Both the position numbers and the translations under genes were made by a program. This document shows, piece by piece, positions 52,354-61,281 of a DNA stretch of 64,000 nucleotides. The stretch spans positions 434,001-498,000 of the forward strand of contig OZ237736.1 in NCBI GenBank assembly GCA_965178125.1, given 5' to 3'. Source of the DNA: Bilabrum cf. latius (taxonomy: Eukaryota). The notes below the pieces were generated by a model. The model saw only the letters and a program-made list of their open reading frames with translations, was not told where the DNA came from and did not search any database. Within the stretch, counting starts at the first letter, position 1; every line of letters begins with the position of its first letter.

Positions 52354-54240
52354 ATGTCTGATATGGATAATGTACCTGTAGCAGCACAAAGCAAAGTCGT
52401 AGATGACGTCTCAGAACTACCAGTAACTCAAATAGCTGACGAAAAACTCAACTTTGTGGGTGATAGTCAAGCTATTACTCTAGGAACTACCCTTGGATAC
52501 TCTTCCAAGTTCCAAAACCACTATGAACCAGATGGTGGTAACTCTAGCGCAACTAATGCATTTAGAAGTAATTACACTTTTGTCGTGCCATCAAATCAAG
52601 GAATGACTGACAGTAATCCCCGTCTAAGAGTTTCATTTGACGTATACATCTATGATAGTTAGAACAATGGAGCAGTAGCTCAAACTGATATCGTCAATAA
52701 GGTAGCCCCTTCTACATTTATGGTAAATTCAATGATCACAAGTTCCACAGTTAAAATGGGAGACTTATCTCGTAGTTCATCACCTTATCAATTAGTCAAT
52801 TTAATAGCTAGAAGTCTTGACCGTGCCACTCTAGCACAAATAAGTCCTGTCTTTTAGGCTGATAACACTTGGGAATTTAATACTGCCGCAAATGGTCTTG
52901 CTAAGTCTGTCCTTCAATGGGGTGTAAATGATGATAGTATTATGGAAGCTCGCGGTCCTGGTAAGAATTACCGCGCAACACTTGAAAAAGTGGATGCTAA
53001 TACTCCAATACCTAATAATAATGTAACACCAACTCAAGACTATGTCAAATTACATATTGAAATCTCTGAAGCACTTCTTGCACGTCCTTTCCAATATATG
53101 ATGGGTGGTAATGCTAGACCTTTTGTTGATCATCCACAATTAAATGTTAATTTACAAATGAGAAATAACTTAATTGATAAGATGTTTAATACTTCAAGTG
53201 ATTGGAATGGAGACTATGCTTTTGCTTTATCCGATTGCTAGATCCATTTTGATGTCTTTACTTATAATACTCATCTTAACTTCTTGAAGAAAGTACCTAA
53301 ACAAATATTCTACAACTCTGTTGACTTTGAACTACATGAAGAGCCTAAACTTGATAATCCTATCACTACTAAAGGTGTCCATACTTTTAATAATTATCAA
53401 CTTTAGACTTGCCCTTCTTGGTTTGCTGTGTGCTTAGTTGATTCTCAATATGGAGAAGCTAGTGGTACACCTCATAGAACACTTGCCATTAACAATATTA
53501 AAGTACAACTTAGGTCTTAGGGTTCTATTTTAGGAGAACTTACACAAGACGATATCTTTAGACTTAGTGAAAGAAATGGATCAAATAGTGAGTATGCTTC
53601 TTTTACTAACTTAGATGTAACTGTAGGAGGTGCTTCTAAAGTATACGGATCTAATGGCTGGCTCTTATTTAGACTTAGTGATTTAAATACTCCTGAAACT
53701 ATTCAAAGCAACAGTGCTGACCCTATTAGTATTCGTGTTCAAGTAGCCTATGACGAACCCCCAACCGCTGCTATGTCTCAAGGATATAAAGCTCAATTAT
53801 TCTGTGCCTATGACAAGATTATCGTGAATACTAGAGGTGCCGCTATTGAATGGCGTGAAGATAGTGCTTCTGTTGACCCTGAGAAAGTGGCTAAACCTTC
53901 TAATTATACATTTTCTAATATGAACTACTCTAAGAACGTATTAGGTGGAAGACGTCGTAAAGTGATGCAATTCTTTAAGAGAGCCTTTAACAAAGCTAAA
54001 GACTTAGGACGTAAAGTGGTAGACTTTGGAAAGAAAGCTAAAGCTAAATTTGATAAAGTGAAACCAGCTCTTCGTAAAGCAAGACAAGCAGTAAGTGAAT
54101 ACTTACCCGATGAAGTGAATGACTTAGCTGAACGTGTTGGAGCAGGTCTTTTAACTAGTGGTGGAAGTCTTTTGACCAGTGGAGGGAAGAAATTAACTAA
54201 GGCTCAACTTATGAAACTTAGAAAGTAGCTCAATATGTGA
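52354..54240 (+). CDS. Virophage-type major capsid protein (double jelly-roll), 628 aa
   Basis: Three track ORFs in one frame; FMVNSMITSSTVK, ARG, ISEALLARPF, NYQL*TCP; basic C-terminal tail after VLGG; size typical of virophage MCPs; ends TGA. Confidence 0.88.
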
Positions 54241-54427
54241 GTCGTAAATTATTAATTAATATTTAAAAGTTATAAATATTGACTAAATTTAAAAACTCAA
54301 TACGGGTACGCGCCCAGAATTGCAGAAATATATCTTAAATAGCTATAATATTACCGCAATTTGGGGCGGTCATACCTTAAGACTAGTTTAAATATTACGC
54401 CAAAAAATATCCACTATATATATAGTT

Positions 54428-54850
54428 ATGGCAGCAGTATCACCGTGTGAAGACTTACTTTATATGGAGTATTCATTCTTATTCTTACCACATAGAGAAG
54501 ACCCAACACTTAAATCTCAAAAGGTTTACTTAGATGATGAATTTGAAGGAGACCCAGAAGAAATAGTAATAGATAAAGACTAGATACAAGTAAATAATAG
54601 AGGTCATATAAAGACATATGTAAGTGAAGGAGGCTTTACAAAGTTAAAGGTAGGATAGATAATTGAAGAGATGGAGCAAGAGGTGCGTAATTAGAATGGT
54701 ATTCATTATGATTGTATTTTTTATCATAAAGTTGAACACGACACGAGCACAGATATTTATAAAGTAGTATGGGGGTGGTATCCAGCAGACTTTCCAACAA
54801 ATGGATGCGACCCTGCTATCTTGTATAAGAAACCCCCTAATATGGATTAA
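54428..54850 (+). CDS. Hypothetical viral protein, 140 aa
   Basis: ATG follows the conserved promoter-like block; three TAGs; ends TAA. Confidence 0.7.
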
Positions 54851-54992
54851 TTATTAAAAACTCAATACGGGTACGCGCCCAGAATTGCGGAAATATATCT
54901 TGAATAGCTATAATATTACCGCAATTTCGGGCGGTCATATCTAAAGACTAGTTTAAATATTACGCCGAAAAATATCCACTATATATATAGTA

Positions 54993-55382
54993 ATGTCAGA
55001 TAAAGTAGATTTAAAAATATCGTTTTCTCAAAGTCTTGTATCAAGTGTAAACCTTGATTGGGATGGAATAGGTAAGATGTTATGTGGAAAAATCACAAGT
55101 AAGATAGAAGGAAATGAGATAGTGTTAAGACAAATAGGTCAACCGACTCCAAAAGATGGAATGATGGAGTTCTCATATACGACCGACTATAAAGCAAATC
55201 AAGTTTTTGAATTACTTAAAGACTTAACTGATGAAAGACAAGACGCGATTATGGGATACGTTCAGTGTAAGTTAAGTGATAGCAACAGGAAAAGAAGACC
55301 ATTAACTGAAGAAGATCACAGACAAATGATTCTGGATGCTATGGATAGGAGTGTTAAAGAATATAAAAAACATATGTCATAA
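54993..55382 (+). CDS. Hypothetical viral protein, 129 aa
   Basis: Clean ORF starting MSDKVDLKISFSQ. Confidence 0.75.
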   Translation: MSDKVDLKISFSQSLVSSVNLDWDGIGKMLCGKITSKIEGNEIVLRQIGQPTPKDGMMEFSYTTDYKANQVFELLKDLTDERQDAIMGYVQCKLSDSNRKRRPLTEEDHRQMILDAMDRSVKEYKKHMS

Positions 55383-55449
55383 TTAAGTCTTAATAATAAA
55401 GTCTTAATATTAAAGTTATTAATATTAAGTCATATCTATGTAATAAAAA

Positions 55450-55770
55450 AAAATTTCTTTGAGCTAGTAATTATACCGATGGTTTGACTACTTGGCGAAG
55501 TCATTCGTAAGTCATTGTTGTAGCGGAGATGCGAATGTCAACCATGGACCGCTATCCCTATTAAGTCTTACGACTAAGTCTGCTACAACCACTTACGACT
55601 ACTTCTACAGTATCCAAACTCCCTTCAAAGACTTGCAAGACGTGTGCTTTGTCATGAAAATGACTTACAGAACGACTTACGGCGATGTCAGTGGTGGGAA
55701 TCGAACCCACGACCTTGACTTTGTGAAACAATCACGATATCACTAGACCAAGACCACAACGCACCAAGAG
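55450..55770 (-). ncRNA. Putative structured ncRNA with a tRNA-like domain (55686-55760)
   Basis: Minus strand has A-box-like TGGTCTAGTG, a perfect T-arm GTGGG-TTCGATT-CCCAC and tRNA-like spacing. There is an adjacent long hairpin (55497-55606) and a T-run at ~55445-55453. Confidence 0.5.
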
Positions 55771-55935
55771 GTAAAAAATATTATATTCAAATAAATTTAA
55801 AAATTCAATACACCTACGCGCCCAGAATTGCGGAAATATATCTTAAATAGCTATAATATTACCGCAATTTCGGGCGGTCATATCTTAAGACTAGTTTATT
55901 ACTTTCGCCAAAAAATATCCACTATATATATAGTA

Positions 55936-56286
55936 ATGTCAGATAAAGAAGATATCAAAATTGAACTATCTCAAAATTTTATAGATGAATGTCTTGTTAA
56001 AGGTGTAGGTGTCGATGATGTAGTCAGTAGTATAGGTAAAAGTATTGAGAATCACTTTGATAAATATGTATGGATGAAACCAAAAGACAAAGGTGATGGT
56101 TATCGTTAGAATGTCTTTAGTTTTAAATTCGACAATATTATCAAGAAACTCGAAAGTACATTGGAACAGTTAGAATATGAAGAGCAAGTGAAACACGTCT
56201 AGGAGCTGATGTATCGTGTTGAAAGAAGTGAATGTGAAAGGAAGAAGAGAGAAGAAAAAATTAAAAAGACAAAAAGAGACCACTAA
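55936..56286 (+). CDS. Hypothetical viral protein, 116 aa
   Basis: Starts MSDKEDIKIELSQ; two TAGs; ends TAA. Confidence 0.7.
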
Positions 56287-56348
56287 GTCATTTTATATAA
56301 GGTATGTATTATTAAGTCTTATTAAGTTTTTTATTAATAAGTCATAAT

Positions 56349-59147
56349 TTAATTTTGTTGTTCTAGTGGATCATTATCCTCATCAACAAATAAAGCGGGG
56401 TCCAAGTCAACCTCTATCTCTTCATCGGGTAATTGAACCTCTTCATCATCAACAAATATATCTACTTCACGAGTCTTTTTCTTGTTAGACCAGATATATT
56501 CCATCTCATCAATAATATCCTAATTAAATTCTACATCATAGTTAATTTTCTTTTTCTTACAAGTCATAAATATGTCTTTCCCAAACATTGATTTATATAC
56601 TTTAAGTATTTCGTAATAGAGACCTTTATCAGTGGATAGGTCAACTTTACTTCTTCTTTGGCAGTCATACACTGTCCTATATTCATCTGTTAAGTCTTGA
56701 TCTAATACTTTCTTTTTGATATTATAATCAAGATTAGTTCTTTTAAGACCCAAAGTATCAATCATCTTATTAAGTAAGACTAATTTTCTAGAACTAGACT
56801 TAGCATTGATAATATCAAACTCGCCTTTATTAATTGCTTTCACAAGTAAGTGTTTATCATCTTGTCTAAAGAATTTATTGAAATTAAATAAATTAGATAA
56901 CTTACCTTTATTAATAAAGTACTCTTTGTATTTGTCAATATCACCTTCATCTAAGTCTAAGTATTTATTGATCTTCTTGACATTAAGACAATTAATATCA
57001 AAATTTTCAAGTTGTTTTTCTTTAATGGTATCTTTGATTTCTTTATCCTTACATCTGGTGATCTTAACAGATAAATCATAAGACACGTCATAACCGGTAT
57101 CAATTAACTACTTGATCATATGTAATTTAGGGTTTGTCTTATAACAATCTACCTTGTAAAGATAATTACGATATAGTTTCTTGAATATGATTTTAACTTT
57201 GCTCATTTCTTCTTCTACTTTGTCTTCTACTTCTACCTCGTTGAAGTCGGGATATGTATCACTGACAAATTTAACTAATTCTTCGTAGTCTTTTAAAGAG
57301 GTAGCCATAAAAGATTTAACTTGTGAAAGACTTTCATATGTGCTAGATCGTCCTTTCTAGTAATCAAAAAATATAGTGATATGTGATGGGTTTCTACATC
57401 TGTTAAGCTATTGAACCATTTGGGGAGGTGTGATAGTATGACCTTTGAAATAACCAAAGACTGGTCTAGTCATAGTGCTATCTATCCCGTAAATGACTTT
57501 AGGTGAGAAGATAATGATATCAAACATATCCATATCATAGTCTTTGTCTTCGCTTTCTGCTGTAAGTATTAAGATTTTATTTAATTTCTTATCTTTCTCG
57601 TTATCTATAATTTTAAGACTAATTAACTCATTGATTATATCAGCTTTTGTCTTACTATCACTAGCAAGCATAAATTTCTTGTGTTTCATTAACTCATCTC
57701 TAAAAGTCTGTTCGTCATTAACAAATACAGTTTTGGTGCCCTTGAACCTGTTTCTGTCATTCCTAATATATTGATAATCTAATTTTAATAATTCTAAGAA
57801 ATATAGAGCATCTTGAGATAAGTCAGCATCTGCTACTATGAACTACTTACAAGTGGTAAGAGCACGAATAAGAGTAATGAAACTCATTGGTCGCCTACCA
57901 TATAAAGTCGTAGAACTTAAACAGTGTTCTAAGATACTATTAAACTCATCTAAAAAGACAATATAATCCTTAAAGTTATAATTGCTAAGACTAACAATAC
58001 TTTCAGGAGTAATAACAATACTATCACCCTATTTGTATTTATGGTCTTGATAGAATTTAGTTGATTTTGGAAGACTACGCATCTATTGCTTACCTAATAA
58101 AATACGACTAACAACTGATAAAAAGCTGTCATCTACTCTATTAAATAAATCATTAGCAGCAGTTGTCTTTCCAGAACCAGCCCCCGACTTAACGGCATAG
58201 TTGATACCTTTCTTAAAGAATTTAATATAACGACCTTTGTCGTCAGCAGTCAAATATCTACGGTCAATCTTCTAATTGACTTTCTTGACTACTTTATTCT
58301 TGAATATCTTGTATCGATAATATAGGCTAAGTCGTTTCTTTTCACTATCTAACTAATTAAAGAACCATTCAACACATTGAAAAGTGGAATTTTCTAATAA
58401 TCGAGTAAAAATTATCTTGTTCTTAGTCGACTAATAGCTTTCTACGTCTTGTTTGCTCCATTCATCAAATATATCATATACCTTATTACCATCTACTGGA
58501 TTTAAGTATTTAGCGATATAACTTGTAGCTCTACAAACTAGATGCCAGTTATATGAATTAGAATAATACTCTTTACCTAATTGATATAAGTATTGTTTGT
58601 ATTCTTCGGGTTTAATCATATAACGGTAGTCTTCAGCTGTAAGTTGTGGTGAATAGATATTTTGTAGTATGAACATCTTGACGTCAGTTGGTATTCTTTT
58701 CACGGATGTCTTTTGTATTAGTTCGTATTTCTTACCGTTGATAGAGCTAGGAGGACACATGATAAAGCTATCATTTGTGATCACATCTATATGTTCTTTT
58801 CTATTTACTGACCTCTTACTAAACTCTTCTTCATACTTAAAATACAAATGATATCCATTGGGAGACTTGACAGTGTAAGTATTCATCTCTTGAATAAACT
58901 TATCAACACTACCATATTCCGCAATAAACTTACCATTTTGAAATTCAGTTTTATTTTTCTCTTTTTCACAATCTAAGTCAAGGACAAAGAAACCTGCACG
59001 TCTTCCAGTTAGTAATCCAACATTAAGATTTGACTTTCTGGTGATAAGTTTAGTAGATTCCAAATTCTACCAAGACTTAATAAGTGGTTGTTTAGAGTTG
59101 TGAGCTATTGAGAAATAAACAGGGTTAGATATGTGTTCGGTCGTCAT
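56349..59147 (-). CDS. Primase-polymerase (PrimPol) + PriCT-like + SF2 origin-binding-protein-like helicase, 932 aa
   Basis: NVGLLTG..FFVLDLD..TVKSPNGYHLYF..IDV..IMCPPS; FDEWSK; KSGAGSGKT, VSRILL, FLDEFNS, VADAD, FSPKVIYGID, MVQ*LNRCR; ends TAA. Confidence 0.9.
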
Positions 59148-59177
59148 TCTAGTATATACTATACTAAAGATAATTTT

Positions 59178-59390
59178 TTAAGTCATTTTCTAGACGCACT
59201 ATTTTGGCTTAAAGGATTGAGATGGATTTTCGCGCACAACTAGAGTATTTTTAAATTTTTCAATTTCTGCTGGGGATTTCCCGATTAGTAAATAACTTAT
59301 AGTCTCTTGAAACTCTATTGGTAAGTCTTGTAATTGATGTATTGGTTTATTGATAACTTGATTATTTGATTTGGTATCTATTAAATCCAT
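59178..59390 (-). CDS. Small hypothetical protein, 70 aa
   Basis: ATG to TAA across two TAGs. Confidence 0.5.
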
Positions 59391-59422
59391 TATTAATAAT
59401 ACTATAATAATAGAATATATTT

Positions 59423-59632
59423 TTAAGTCTTATTTAATCCTTCTGTATCTGGTTCATCCTTAACCTGTTTTCTCTTCTAATAGTACCCCTTCCATTTCTC
59501 TTGATTCTTTTGGTAATATTTCTATTTAGCTTTTTTAATAGCTTCTTTCTTTTTGGTCTCCTATTCCTTGAGTCTTTGATAATCTTCCATAATGTCTTGA
59601 ACCTATTTTAATACATCTTTAATATCTGGCAT
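59423..59632 (-). CDS. Small basic helical protein, 69 aa
   Basis: AIKKAK*KYYQKNQEK motif; ends TAA. Confidence 0.55.
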
Positions 59633-59692
59633 TACTATAGTAATATACTAGATAAATCTTTAAGTTTTTTAAACTAGAAAATGACTTAAAAT

Positions 59693-61281
59693 AAGTGGTA
59701 TGAGTTAGTGAATATGTAAAATTGAATACGGGTGAGCGCCCAGAATTGCAAACATAATTTTCTTGATACTTATATATTTCCGCAATTTGGGGCGGTCATA
59801 TCTGGAGATACAATTTGGGGCGGTCATATCTGGAGATACAATTTGGGGCGGTCATATCTGGAGATACAATTTGGGGCGGTCATATCTGGAGATACAATTT
59901 GGGGCGGTCATATTTATTATTAGTTATTTTAAAATATCTCGTCAAGTGGTTAAGTCTTTTTGTGATATCCCGTTAAGTGGTCAATAAAATGAACGGTAAG
60001 TCAAAAAAATTAATCAAAATAAAGAAGTAGTTGATTATTAATTATTGAAGACACCTAAGCGCCCAGAATTGCGGACATAATTTCTAGAATACTTATATAT
60101 TTCCGCAATTTCGGGCCGTCATTTCTGGACATTTAATATAGCACATACTAGAAATATCTTTATTACAAAATTACACCTCTATAAGATAACTATGTCAAAA
60201 TTAACAAAATATAAAACTCAATACACCTACGCGCCCAGAATTGCGACAATATATCTTAATATCCTAATATATTACCGCAATTTCGGGCGCTAGTATTATA
60301 CTATACCATATTTAATTATCCTATATTTTCCATTTAATCTAGTGATTAATCATTTCAAAGTAATACACTTGACATAAACTAGTTCATTGAGTCATTTTAA
60401 AGTCATCGTCAAAACATTTATCATTTTTAAGTTATCCCGCTTTGTATTCCTTTATATCATATACTCAAACAAAGGACTTTAACATATTTAAAGAATTATG
60501 AAAAATAAAAATCAATACACCTACGCGCCCAGAATTGCACACATATATTCTTAAATGACTATATATTACCGCAATTTCGGGCGATAGATTAAAGGATGTA
60601 TTTTTAAGGGGATACCCTTATATTTGAAGTTTTGAAGAGATGACATATAAAAGACTTTATAAAGTGATTAATATCTCCTTCTAGTTATATTTAAATATTC
60701 AATTATTTAAGTATAGATTGACAAGTAATAAAAAAAGAGATAAATTAAGTTGATATATTAGTTTAGTTTTATTTATTAATTTAAATTTTTCATTGGAAGT
60801 ATTAAAAAGACTTTAATACTTCTGTCAATCTCTTTAAGTATTTATTTAGTTATTTTCTAAAGTGGTAAATGTCAATTGATACTTAAAACCAAATCATAAT
60901 ATAAAACTCAATACACCTACGCGCCCAGAATTGCGAACATATATTCTTAAATGACTATATATTTCCGCAATTTCGGGCGGGCATATCCTAAGACTTAGGC
61001 TAGGGATTCACTCAACAGATTAAGTAAAGTAAAGGTCTAACAGATAGACATTAACGGCGCGAAGGTATTAAATTAGGTAGATATATGAATAAATAGCTAT
61101 TAAATTATTATGTTCAAGTGAAGGACATTATGAAGGACTACGGCTTAAGATGTTGTGAAGTGGTTAATATTGACCTCTTATGTTATCCGCCAAAATGTGT
61201 GTAGTTTTTATATAAGTAAACTCTATTTCTACTATATAGTAGAAATAGAGTTATCATAACTCCACATTTTGGCGGATAACA
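59693..61281 (-). repeat. Right terminal inverted repeat (1,589 bp)
   Basis: Reverse complement of 36853-38441, except for the orientation of the terminal hairpin interior. Confidence 0.95.
61181..61281. other. Right terminal 101-bp hairpin, a direct copy of 36853-36953
   Basis: Same + strand sequence as the left hairpin (tgttatccgccaaaatgtgtgtagttttt...ttggcggataaca). Confidence 0.95.

Larger units (their letters stand above)
37155..60979. repeat. Dispersed 58-bp imperfect palindrome family, 20 copies
   Basis: CGCCC[CG]AAATTGCG-N30(AT-rich)-[CT]GCAATTCTGGGCG plus a CGTAGGTGTATTGA-like tail. Plus-oriented starts: 37155, 37551, 37845, 38017, 38340, 42401, 43855, 45425. Minus-oriented starts: 48539, 48658, 51120, 51291, 54311, 54876, 55819, 59737, 60060, 60232, 60526, 60922. 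Confidence 0.93.
36853..61281. mobile_element. Integrated virophage (provirophage, Maveriviricetes-like), 24,429 bp
   Basis: Abrupt switch to AT-rich sequence; TG...CA termini; AATCT duplicated at 36848-36852 and 61282-61286; long TIRs; ATPase, protease, penton, MCP and rve integrase genes. Confidence 0.95.

Noticed and set aside
55686-55760. Functional amber (CUA) suppressor tRNA explaining the recoding
   Set aside because: There is no CTA anticodon, and the acceptor and anticodon arms are non-canonical. Kept only as tRNA-like.
36853-61281. Element as a dead, hypermutated (CAG>TAG) pseudogenised provirus
   Set aside because: The interruptions are exclusively TAG, with no internal TAA/TGA and no frameshifts. 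The TIRs and TSD are intact, and conserved host genes such as cactin show the same pattern.
36853-61281. Polinton/Maverick or LTR retroelement classification
   Set aside because: No pPolB or reverse transcriptase. The MCP size, penton, protease and ATPase motifs are virophage-like, and the long repeats are inverted.
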